Source: Mobula hypostoma (Eukaryota). Taken from it: DNA of 64,000 nucleotides. Under the pieces are notes generated by a model. The model was not told the origin of the DNA, did not search any database, and saw only the letters and a program-made list of their open reading frames with translations. A program made the translations under genes and the position numbers. The DNA lies in the NCBI RefSeq assembly GCF_963921235.1, contig NC_086108.1, positions 18,724,001 to 18,788,000 on the forward strand. The letters run 5' to 3'. Below, piece by piece: positions 11,701 through 22,354 of this stretch (position 1 is the stretch's first letter; each line of letters opens with the position of its first letter).

Positions 11701-12170
11701 AAGGAAATAACAATCAGGATAGACAAAGGAGACGTGGTGGATATTGTGCATTTGAATTTTCAGGCCTTTGACAATGTGCTGCACATGAAGCTGCTAAGCA
11801 AGATAAGAGCCCAGGATGTAACAGGAAAGATACTAGCATGGATAGAGCATTAGCTGATTGGCAGAAATAGATCTTTTTCAGATTGGCTGCCAGTAACTAT
11901 TGGTGATCACGGAGGTCTGTTGTACGTTGTATGATGAAATTGATGGCTTTGGGCCCAAGTTTATGGACAATACAGAGGAAGGTAGTGTTGGGGAAGCAGA
12001 GAGGTTGCAGAAGAACTTAGATTAGGAGAATGGGCAAAGAGATGTCAGATGGAATACAGTGTCAAGATGGTATTGTCATGCACTTTGGTAGAAGGAATTA
12101 AAAAATAGATTCTTTTCTAAATAGGGAGAAAACTCAAAAATCTGAGGTGCAAATGGATTTGGGAGTCCTT
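8705..12170 (+). mobile_element. Degenerate CR1 ORF2 (endonuclease to RT), split by the Tigger insertion
   Basis: GGGAALLVK, GDFNM, NDHN|MIEF continuous across 9163/10776; NYRPVSLTS, QHGFLKGKS. Confidence 0.88.
9164..10773 (-). mobile_element. Tigger/pogo-type DNA transposon, internally deleted
   Basis: TIRs CAGGTTTCCCCGC / CAGGTGTCCCCTGC with TA TSD. Minus strand has a CENP-B-type N-terminus (RARKGVTLSVKLDIIKRF) joined to the Tigger acidic C-terminus (DDVEEVLASHDQELIDEEL); DDE core missing. Confidence 0.9.
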
Positions 12171-13100
12171 AAGTGCCAGGCCAGATTGAAAAGGTCAGGG
12201 TGTCGAGGCCAGAGTCGAGGGACAAGTTGATGTTCAGCTCACTGCTCTGCAAGATTTACTCATCTCTGCACAGAACCGAGGTTGTGTCTTGCAACTAACA
12301 GGCTCCTGAATCAGCTGCAGTGATAGCTGAAGACTCACCACTGTGAACTTCAGTACCAAACATAGCATTTCCTTACTTTTATTGTTTGAATGATCTGCTT
12401 TTTATTTCTGCTCATTGGGTGCTTGGTGGTCTTTTTTTAATGGGTTCTATTGGTTTTCTTTTTTTGTGGCTATCTGTAAGGAAAGGAATCTCAAGGTTGT
12501 TATGGTGAGGTTGTATAAGACACTACTGAGGCCAAATTTGGAGTATTGTGTGCAGTTCTGGTCACCTAACTATAGGAAGGATATCAGTAAGATTGAAAGA
12601 GTGCAGAGAAGATTTACTAGGATGTTGCCAGCTCTTCAGGAGTTGAGTTACAGGGAAAAATTGACCAGGTTAGGACTTTATTCATTGGAGCGTAGAAGAA
12701 TGATGGGGGATTTGATAGAGGTTTACAGAATTATGAGGGGTATAGACAGAGTAAATGCGAGTAGATCTTTCCACTTAGATTAGGAGAGATAAATACAAGA
12801 GGACATGGCTTTAGGGTGAAAGGGGAAAGGTTTAGGGGGAACATTAGGGAGAACTTCTTCACTCAGAGAGTGGTGGGAGTGTTGAAATAGCTGCCATCTG
12901 ACATGGTAAGTGCAGGCTCACTCTTAAGTTTTAAGAATACATTGGATAGATACATGGCTGGGAGAGGTCTGGAGGGTTATGGACTGGGAGCAGGTCAATG
13001 GGACTAGCGGAATAGTTTCAGCGCAGACTAGAAGGGCCGAATGGCCTGTTTTCTGTGCTGTAGTGTTCTATGGTTCTATGGTTGTATGTACATATTTTGA
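12170..13100 (+). mobile_element. Non-autonomous repeat with Rex1-like 3' UTR (same family as 52060-52630), interrupted by CR1
   Basis: Shares TAAGTGCCAGGCC...GTTCAGCTC...TTTTTAATGGGTTC...TGTGGCT..AATCTCAA with 52230-52570. Confidence 0.6.
12500..13079 (+). mobile_element. CR1 LINE 3' fragment
   Basis: LYKTLLRPNLEYCVQFWSP...; (TTCTATGG)n tail; GGTTGT on both sides. Confidence 0.88.
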
Positions 13101-13114
13101 CGTCTCCTTTGAAT

Positions 13115-15330
13115 TTTGCTGTTCATCTCCTACCTGGATACAAGCAGAGGCTAAAGAGCAAGGCTCCAGAGATGAGGACAACAAAAAAGTGGTCACTGGA
13201 GGCAGAGGACTGGCAATGGGATTGTTTCCAGTCGGTGGACTGGGTCATGTTCAAGGTCTCATCTGTGGATCTGAATGAATACAGTATGGTTGTCAAAGAC
13301 TTCATAAATGTTGTACATGAGTGTGTTCCTGCTAAATCATTCAGAGTTCCCCCCCCAACCAGAAGCCCTGGATCATGGGTGGTCAACCTTCCACATTTCA
13401 TGCGTCAATTTTTTCACGCACGAGTTCAGATGTGCCATACAACTCTTGTACCCCCATTCAATTCTTGTAAAAATATGTTAATATAGACATATTTAGCATT
13501 TTTACATGACATATTGATTTAATATAAAAGCAAAATAAACATTACTTACCTTAATGAGACTTTTAACAAACATATTTTGTCTTCTTTTGATATCTTCCTT
13601 TTTCTTAATCACATATTCTTTCCGTAACTCAGACCCAAGCACTAGCTTTAGTTTTCCTTCTATTTCAGTCTGATGTTGTGTTTTATAGTGTCTATTAAGA
13701 TCATGTCTTCTATTATGTGAAAAAGTGTTTTCACAAACAATGCACAACGGTTTTCCTGACGGATCCGCTATAAATAAGAACTAATTTTCCCACTGCTCAT
13801 TGAATTCACGCTTACTATCACTTTCTGCTTTTCTTTTGCTCATTTTATTTTACACTGTGATGGGTAACTGAATGTAAAAACAAGGCTTAATTTTCAAAAA
13901 AGTACAAAACTGCAGATGTTCACAAAGGACAAACAAAGCACAACTCCGTAGCGCACGAGTGTCTATTGTAAACTGACTGGCATAAACCTGTGACGCGGCG
14001 CTGGTGCAGACGCCTGGCACCTCAGGATCAAACAAGTATCAAATGTGTATTGAACAGTTATGGAACGACTGCAGAACAAAAGTCCTTCTTTCCTAGTTTG
14101 ACTCATTGAACATTTTTTTTAAATTGAAAACAGACTAATGTGAAAGAAGATAACATTCGCCAAAAGATGTGCACGAAATAATAAAATCGCTCAAGATAAT
14201 TGCTAAGTTTTAGATTTATTCTCAGTAAAACCCATTTCTAGCTCTAAGCTACTTGAATTCCTGTTATAGATTTTTTTTCTACAAATCTGTTTTTGGTTAA
14301 TACTTTTTGCATGAGTAGGCTTACTTTTTTATTATTATCACTGGGGTGCAATGCGCCACTTCTAATCATCCAATGCACCACTTTTTGGTGCATGCGCCAT
14401 AGGTTGGACATCCCTGCCCTGTATGAACCATGAAATCTGCAATCTGCTGGGATCAAGATCGGTGGCATTCAAATCTAGTGATCAAGAAAGTTACAAGAGG
14501 TCCAGGTATGATTTCCAGAAAGCCACCTCATGGTCCAAGTGGCAATTCCAGACTAAAAGCATCAATAAAGGATGCTGGACAGCTGTGGCAGGGCTATCAC
14601 CTCTTACAAAGTGAAATCAGGTGACATAGGAGACAGCTGGGCTTCATTTCCAGATGAGCTCCATGCCTTCTGTGCTTGCTTTAACCATCAAAACATGGAG
14701 GAACCATCACGACCTCTCACAGCCTCCAATGATCCTGTGATTTCAGTCTCTGAAGCCAATATAAGAGGATCCTTCAAGAGAGTGAACCCACAGAAAGCAT
14801 CTGGTCCAGGTAGGGTACCTGGCCAAGTACTAAAGACCATGTGCTGATCAACTGGCTGGAGGGTTCACAGAAATCTTTCGTCTCTTGCTTTGGCAGTCTG
14901 AGGTATCCACCTGCTTTAAGCAGGCTTCAACTATACTGGTACCCAAGGAGAATGTGGCAACCTGCCTCAGTGACTATCGTCAAGTAGCACTTACATCCAC
15001 TGTGATGAAGTGCTTTGAGAGGTTGGTGATAAAACATATAAACTCCTGCTTCAGAAGTGATTTGGATCTGTTCCAATTTGCCTACCAGCACAACAGGTCC
15101 ACAGCACATGCTATTTCATTGGCTCTTCACTCAACCCTGCAACATCTGGACAGCAGAGATGCATACATCAGGATGCTCTTTATTGACCATAGCTCAGCAT
15201 TCAATACTATCAGTCCCTTCAAAACTAATCAACAAGTATCATGATCTTGGCCTCCGTAGCTCCTTGCGCAATTGGATCCTTGATTTCCTCACTGGCAGAC
15301 CCCAGTCAGTTTAGATTGGTAACAGTATTC
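13115..15330 (+). mobile_element. Rex1/Babar LINE (degenerate RT), split by hAT element
   Basis: PNQKPW|MN junction, [58 protein letters not shown]. Confidence 0.88.
13374..14416 (-). mobile_element. hAT (Charlie/SPIN-like) non-autonomous DNA transposon with N-terminal zinc-finger remnant
   Basis: TIRs CATGGGTGGTCAACCT / CAGGGATGTCCAACCT; 8-bp TSD CCCTGGAT/CCCTGTAT. Minus ORF from ATG 13843: MSKRKAESDSKREFNEQWEN*...CIVCENTFSHNRRHDLNRHYKTQH. Confidence 0.88.
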
Positions 15331-16060
15331 CAAAGTTCAAAGTAAATTTCTTATCAAAGTGCATATATGTCAGCATATAAAATCCTGAGATACATTTTCT
15401 TGGGGGCATACTCCATAATAGAATAGTAACCATAATAGAATCAGTGAAAGACCGCATCAGCATGAGCATTCAACCAGTGTGCAAAAGATAATAAACACTG
15501 CCAATACAAAAATAAGTAAATAACAAATTAATAAATAAGCAATAAGTATTGAGAACATGAGATGAAGAGTCCTTGAAAGTGAGTTTCTGCAAACTCCCTA
15601 AGTAGGTAGAGGCACTGCCAAGCTTTCTTTGTAATTGCACTTCTGAGCTGGGCCCAGGACAGGTCCTCCGAAATAATAACACCAAGGAATTTAAAGTTGC
15701 TGACCCTCTCCACCTCTGATCCCCCAAAGAGCACAGGTTTCCTTCTCCTAAAGTCAAATAATCAGCTGCTTGCTCTTGCTGACATTAAGTAAAAGGTTGT
15801 TGTTATGGCACCACTCAGCCAGATTTTCAATCGACTTCCTATATGCTGATTTATCAGTGCCTTTGCTTCAGCCTGCAACAGCAGTGTCATCAGCAAACTT
15901 GAATATGGTATTGAAGCTGTGTTTAGCCACACAGTAATAAGTGTAAAGCAAGTAGAGCAGGGACTAAGCACACAGCATTGTGGTGCACCTGTGCTAATGT
16001 GGAGGAGATGTTGCTAATCCAAACCGCCCTGGGTCTGCAAATAAGGAAATCAAAAATTTC
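15330..16060 (-). mobile_element. Rex1/Babar LINE 3' fragment with 3' UTR
   Basis: FKFADDT, VERVSNFKFLGV, KKAWQCLYLLR; 3' UTR ends AAATTTACTTTGAACTTT. Confidence 0.8.
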
Positions 16061-16074
16061 CTCACAATCTTCTG

Positions 16075-16350
16075 TCTAAGAATAGAAGGACATCCTTTCT
16101 GAACAGAGATGCGGAAGAATTTCTTTAGCCAGAGGTGAATATGTGAAAGACATTGTCAAAGACAGCTGTAGAGGCCATCATTGGTTATATTTAAAATGGA
16201 GATTTATAGGTTCTTGATTAGTTAGAGTGTCAAAGCTTCAGAGAGAAGGCAAAAATATGGGGTTGAGAGGGGTAATAATTCAGCTATGATGGAATGGCAG
16301 AGCAGACTCGAGGGCTGAATGGCATAATTCTGCTCCTATGTCATGGTCTT
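16075..16350 (+). mobile_element. CR1 3' end remnant
   Basis: RIEGHPF.TEMRKNFFSQR and the CR1 3' UTR hairpin/tail. Confidence 0.75.
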
Positions 16351-17248
16351 AAGGTCTTATCACAAATCCATGTCATCACTGAAATGGCCTTCTTCATCTC
16401 TGTCATCCCTCTCTGCCTTAGGCAAATTCTTGATGATCCATCTTCACATTACAGTGTGTTATTCCAATACGTTACCCTTTCCCATTCCACTCTGTTGCTT
16501 CGCAATCTGACCACACCCTTTTTCACATATCAGCTGCTGCTTGCCCAATCCCAGTGGCTCCCAGTTCAGTGATGAGCTCTCCTTCACCAATATTTAATAT
16601 GTCAGGTCCTTACCCCTTCCAGGATTGAACCTGGGCAGTTGGAGCTATGGGACGGCTGAACTCCCCGTCATGCCTATCAACCCACTTGAGGAAATGAAGG
16701 ATAGGTTGACAAGAGAACAGCTGAAGGGAGGAAGGCAGGAAGGACAGCTGAAGTTGAGACAGGGAACGAGAGAGATGCAAGGGGCTAGAGTACACAACAT
16801 TTGAGATGTGCAGTTTGCAATATGACTTCAAGGATGGAAAGGTTGCAAATTAAAGACAGGAAGACACCTGCCCTCGGCTCCTTCACTAAACCAAAAATCA
16901 AACATTTGATTTAGGTCCTAAATCCAAAACTATTCCAAGTATGCATTTGAAATTCACTCTCCTTTGTGCTTTCAAACCACTAGATAAACCACAGAAACTC
17001 ATAAAATCCAAATACAGCTCAGGCAACAGTGGCAGTACCCTCAGGGAACCACAGGCAATTCCAGTTTGTGAGATTTAACTCATGAGATGCAATACAGACA
17101 AGTGCAACTGAAAGCCCAGGAAGAGAGGTAACAAGTAAGGCTGTTTGTTGATCTGTGCTGATAGAACAGCATCACTTAGGTCACTTTTATGAAACTAACC
17201 ATGATGTTAGAGCCCAGTAACTGTATCAAACATACCACCAGGTGGAAC

Positions 17249-17460
17249 AACACACAAGATGCTGGAGGGACTCAGCAGGTCAGGCAAAACCGGGTAGTCA
17301 ACATTTGGGATCAAGACGCTTCATCTGAACACATCAGTTGAAGGGTCTTCACCCAAAACATCTACTGTCCTTTCCTCCCACAATTCTTTTCTGACCTGCT
17401 GAGCTCCTCTTGTGTATTACTACATATTCCAGTCTCTGCTGTCTCTTGTGTCTCCACACT
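17249..17460. mobile_element. Old fold-back Penelope-derived element with decayed hammerhead motifs
   Basis: Inverted arms CTCAGCAGGTCAG / CTGACCTGCTGAG; perfect 12-bp TSD ACCAGGTGGAAC (17237-17248, 17461-17472). Confidence 0.7.
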
Positions 17461-17779
17461 ACCAGGTGGAACCTAACAGACCCCAATTACTTAGCAAAGT
17501 GTTGGAGGAAAATCAGACCAATTTCCCAGCAGATGTCAGAGATTTTTATAAGTAGAGCTGGAGTTCACAAATGGCAGAGGGATTTTTTTCTTTTTTTTAA
17601 CACACTCACCTGGGAGCCCACATTTAAAATCCTACCTGAAAGATACTGCTACACCAGAATATTGTGCTGGAGACTTTAAAATTGAATTTGAATCCACAAC
17701 ATGGGACTTGCTTGGCACAAGTACTGTTCACTAACCCATGAAAGTAAAAATAACTCTTCACTTCCATCTACTGAATTTC

Positions 17780-18030
17780 TCCTGACCAGCTACATCATGG
17801 TCTGGTACAGCAATTCGAATGCACAGGAACATGAGAAGCTGCAGACAGTGGACTCATCTCAAGGACTCATGGCACATCCCTCTCCTCCATTGGTAGTATC
17901 TACAGTAGGTGCTGTGCCAAGAAGGCAACATCTATAATCAAAGATCCCCACCATCATTTTTTCACAACTATAGCTGGGCAAGAGGTTCAGAAGCCTGAAG
18001 TCCCATACCATAATGTTCAAGAACTGAATC
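17780..18030 (+). mobile_element. Rex1/Babar 3' remnant
   Basis: LTSYIMVWYSNSNAQEHEKLQ...IIKDPHH. Confidence 0.6.
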
Positions 18031-18194
18031 TAGTATGAGGCAATGAAGCTGGTCAGGTGTCAGTTCTCTTGGTGGATGACCATTATAGGGACAGTGAACA
18101 AAATTCCCTGACCTTTACCATAGCAATGGGGAGGTATAGGATCAGCTGGTTTGAAAAATTTTAATCTGAAGAGTTGGTGTGAATTATGATGCTA

Positions 18195-18475
18195 TTCATC
18201 ATCATTATGTGCTGTGTCCTGACATGTGCAATCATGGTCTTTCCATGATCATGAATGTTCTTGGCAAATTTTCTACAGAAGTGGTTTGCCATTGCCTTCT
18301 TCTGGGCAGTGACCTTACAAGACGGGTGACATCAGCCATTATCAATACTGTTCAGAGACTGCCTGCTTGGTGTCAGTTGTCACATAACTAGAACTTGTGA
18401 TATGCACCAGCTGTTCATAAGACCATCGACCACCTGCTCCAAAGGCTTCCATGACCCTGCTATTAGGCAGGTTTT
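18195..18475 (-). mobile_element. SINE-like element with RTE-type 3' end
   Basis: Minus strand GAAGGCAATGGCAAACCACTTCTGTAG...AAGACCATGATTGC and an (ATG)n tail. Confidence 0.5.
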
Positions 18476-18531
18476 TAGGTGTGTAAATTGGGGATGGATG
18501 TACTCTGGGAAATGCATAATGGAAATGTGGA

Positions 18532-19778
18532 ACATACATCAAAGTTGCTGGTGAACGCAGCAGGCCAAGCAGCATCTGTAGGAAGAGGTGCTGTCGACGT
18601 TTCAGGCCGAGACCCTTCGTCGGGACTAACGGAAGGAAGAGTGAGTAAGGGATTTGAAAGTTGGAGGGGGAGGGGGAGATCCAAAATGATAGGAGAAGAC
18701 AGGAGGGGGAGGGATAGAGCCGAGAGCTGGACAGGTGATAGGGAATAGGGGATACGAGAGGATTATGGGACAGGAGGTCCGGGAAGAAAGACAAGGGGGG
18801 GGGGTGACCCAGAGGATGGGCAAGAGGTATATTCAGAGGGACAGAGGGAGAAAAAGGAGAGTGAGAGAAAGAATGTGTGCATAAAAATGAGTAACAGATG
18901 GGGTACGAGGGGGAGGTGGGGCCTTAGCGGAAGTTAGAGAAGTCGATGTTCATGCCATCAGGTTGGAGACTACCCAGACGGAATATAAGGTGTTGTTCCT
19001 CCAACCTGAGTGTGGCTTCATCTTTACAGTAGAGGAGGCCGTGGATAGACATGTCAGAATGGGAATGGGATGTGGAATTAAAATGTGTGGCCACTGGGAG
19101 ATCCTGCTTTCTCTGGCGGACAGAGCGTAGATGTTCAGCAAAGCGGTCTCCAGTCTGCGTCGGGTCTCGCCAATATATAAAAGGCCACATTGGGAGCACC
19201 GGACGCAGTATATCACCCCAGTCGACTCACAGGTGAAGTGATGCCTCACATGGAAGGACTGTTTGGGGCCCTGAATGGTGGTAAGGGAGGAAGTGTAAGG
19301 GCATGTGTAGCACTTGTTCCGCTTACATGGATAAGTGCCAGGAGGGAGATCAGTGGGGAGGGATGGGGGGGACGAATGGACAAGGGAGTTCTGCAGGGAG
19401 CAATCCCTGCGGAATGCAGAGGGGGGGGAGGGAAAGATGTGCTTAGTGGTGGGATCCCGTTGGAGGTGGCGGAAGTTACGGAGAATTATATGTTGGACCC
19501 GGAGGCTGGTGGGGTGGTAGGTGAGGACCAGGGGAACCCTATTCCTAGTGGGGTGGTGGGAGGATGGAGTGAGAGCAGATGTACGTGAAATGGGGGAGAT
19601 GCGTTTGAGAGCAGAGTTGATAGTGGAGGAAGGGAAGCCCCTTTCTTTAAAAAAGGAAGACATCTCCCTCGTCCTAGAATGAAAAGCCTCATCCTGAGAG
19701 CAGATGCGGCGGAGACGGAGGAATTGCGAGAAGGGGATGGCATTTTTGCAAGAGACAGGGTGAGAAGAGGAATAGTCC
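18532..19778 (-). mobile_element. Penelope-like element (PLE), 5'-truncated: RT thumb, linker and GIY-YIG endonuclease plus pLTR
   Basis: LDYSSSHP..KNAIPFSQFLRLRRICS, CKRNKCYTC, VIYCVRCSQCGLLYIGET...RFAEH...LEEQHLIFRLGSLQPDGMN; one frameshift near 19150; 9-bp TSD AAATGTGGA (18523-18531, 19779-19787). Confidence 0.93.
18592..18627 (-). ncRNA. Hammerhead ribozyme motif, variant core (CCGACGA), probably inactive
   Basis: Minus: AGTC CCGACGA AGG-GTCTCGG-CCT GAAAC GTC GACA. Confidence 0.6.
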
Positions 19779-20956
19779 AAATGTGGAGGTTGTTTAGGGA
19801 GCTCTTGTATGGGGTTCTGGATAGGTTGTGCCCATTGAGGCAGGGAAAGTTTGGTAGGTAGGGTGAAGGAACCATAATTGACAAAAAATGTGGAACCTCC
19901 AGTCAAGAAGAAGAAAGAAGCGTACTTGATATTTAGAAAGAAATGATCAGACAAAGTTCTTGGCTATGGTAGCCAGGAAGGAGCTTAAGAAGGTATTTAG
20001 GGGAGCTAGAAATTGACATGACAAGGCCTTGGCAAGAAGGATTAAGGAAAATCTCAAGGCATTCTACACATACATGAAGAACAAGAGGATGACGAGAGTG
20101 GGGGTAGAATAAATCAGGAATAGAAGAGGAAACATGTGTCTGGAGTCTGAAGAGGGTGTCCTTAATGAATATTTTGCTTCAGTATTCACCACTGAGAGGG
20201 ACCTTGACAAATCTGAAGATGGCATAGAGCAGGCTAATATGCCGAAAAATGTCGACTAAGAAAGAAGATGTGCCAGAACGTTTGAAAAACTTTGGATAGA
20301 TAAGTCCCTGGGGCCAGACAGGACATATCCCAGGTTACTACAGGAAGTCTTCGATGATGATGATCTTTGCATCCTCACTAGCCACAGGACTTGTACCAGA
20401 AAGAAAGGTAATAGAGATAATTCTGGGAATTATAGACCGGAGGTTCTTGCATTAGTGGAAGGCAAACTGTTGGAGAAGATTTTTATAGACAGGATTGAGA
20501 AGCATTGGCTGATTAGAGTTAGTCAGCATGGCATTGTGAATGGTAGTATGTGCCTCACAAGACTGATTGAGTTCTTTGAGGAAGGGACAAAACAAATTGG
20601 TGAAGATAGCGCAGTGGATGTGATATATATGGATTTTAAAAAGGTGTTTGCCAAGCTTCCCCGTGGTAGGCTCATTCAGAAGGTCAGGAAGCATGGGATC
20701 CAGAGAAACTTGGCTGTATGGTTTCATAATTGACTTGCCCACAGAAGGCAGTGGGTGGTAGTAGAGGGACCATATTCTGCCTGGAGGTCAGACACTGGTG
20801 TGTTCCACAGGGATCTGCTCTGGGATCCCTACTCTTTGTGATTTTTATAAATAACTTGGTTGAGGAATTGGAATGGTGGATTCATAAGTGTGCAAATGAT
20901 ACAAAGGTAGGTGGTGTGGTGGATAGTTGTTATAGGTTTACAACAGAATATTGGTA
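19779..20956 (+). mobile_element. Degenerate CR1 ORF2 (host of the PLE)
   Basis: LNEYFASVFT, DKSLGPD, SQHGIVNG, MDFKKVF, VPQGSALG. Confidence 0.85.
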
Positions 20957-21432
20957 GCAACACACATAAAAAGTGCTGGTGAACGCAGCAGGCCAGGCAG
21001 CATCTATAGGAAGAGGTACAGTCGACGTTTCGGGCTGAGACCCTTCGTCAGGACTAACTGAAAGAAGAGATAGTAAGAGATTTGAAAGTGGGGGAGGGGA
21101 GATCCGAAATGATAGGAGAAGACAGGAGGGGGAGGGATGGAGCTAAGAGCTGGAAAGTTGATTAGCAAAAGGGATACGAGGCTGGAGAAGGGAGAGGATC
21201 AGGGGGGGCCTAGGGAGAAAGAAAGGGGGAGGGGGGAAGCCCAGAGGATGGGCAAGGAGTTATAGTGAGAGGAACAGAGGGAGAAAAAAGAGAGAAAAAA
21301 AGGGAAAAGAAAAATAAATAAATAAATAAATAAATTGATAGCTAGATAGATAAATAGATAAATAAATAAATAAATAAATAGGGTGCGAAGGGGAGGTGGG
21401 GCATAAACGGAAGTTAGAGAAGTCAATGTTCA
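20957..21432 (-). mobile_element. Penelope-like element 3' end/pLTR with (TTTA)n/(TCTA)n expansion
   Basis: NIDFSNFR C-terminus and pLTR closely matching 18532-18950. Confidence 0.85.
21020..21055 (-). ncRNA. Minimal type I hammerhead ribozyme (PLE-associated)
   Basis: Minus: AGTC CTGACGA A GGG-TCTCAG-CCC GAAAC GTC^GACT. Stem I is AGTC/GACT, stem III is the palindrome ACGT, and the cleavage triplet is GUC. Confidence 0.8.
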
Positions 21433-22340
21433 ACAATGTTATACAAGTGGATGCAGCATGTAGTGAAGCTGTGAGGAAGGACAGGATAGGGCAAAATTGC
21501 AATCAGAAGGATGAATTGCTGTGTAACATCGAGGCAAAATCGAAAAGGGTGACAAATACAGGACTGAAGGTGTTATATTTGAATGCACACAGTTTATGGA
21601 ATAAGGTACTATAGATGATCTTGGAGAGCAGTAAGAGATTGGCAGGAATCATGTTGTGGGCAACTCTGAGTCGTGGTTTTGAAAAGATCAGAGTTGGGAG
21701 CTTAATATCCAAAGATACACATTGGATTGAAAGGACAGGTGGGTAGGCAAAGGAGTTCTGTAAAAAATGAAAACAAATCCTCAGAAAAAGGTGAAATAGG
21801 ATTGGACGTGACAGAATCCTTGTGGGTAGAGATAAAAAAACTGCAAGGTTAAAAAGACCCTGATGTGAGTTATATACAGGCCTCCAAACAGTAGCCTGGA
21901 TATGCTTTAGGGTACAACAGGTGATGGAAAAAGTGTGTAAAGAGGGCAATGTTGCGTTAGTCATAGGGAATTTCAATATGCAGGTAGATTGGGGAAATCA
22001 TATTAGTACTGGATCCCAAGAGAGAGCATTTGTAAAATACCTATGAGTTGGCTTTCTAGAACATCTTGTGGTTGAGCCCACCAGGAAAATGACAATTCTG
22101 GATTGGGTATTATGTAATGACCCAGCTTTGATTAGGGAGCTTGAGGTAAAGGAATCCTTAGGAGCAGTGATCATAATATGATAAAATTTGCCCTATAAGT
22201 ATGACAGTGGAGGAAAGGGAATTACAGAGGTATGAGTGAGGAGCAGGCCAAAGTTGATTGGAAGGGGACACTAGCAAGAATGATGGCAAATCAGCAATGG
22301 CTGAAATTTCTAGAAACATTTCAGAAGGCACAGTTTAGAA
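21433..22340 (+). mobile_element. CR1 ORF2 endonuclease remnant
   Basis: LKVLYLNAHSL, IYRPPNSS, GNFNMQVDW, SDHNMI. Confidence 0.8.
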
Positions 22341-22354
22341 TCATCTTAAAGTAT

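Noticed and set aside
16614..16720. Apparent 107-nt minus-strand exon with good acceptor and GG|GTAAGG donor
   Set aside because: Overlaps a tRNA-SINE-like head (AGCTCCA..CCCAGGTTCAATCCTG); peptide unrecognised and no partner exons found. Not fully excluded.
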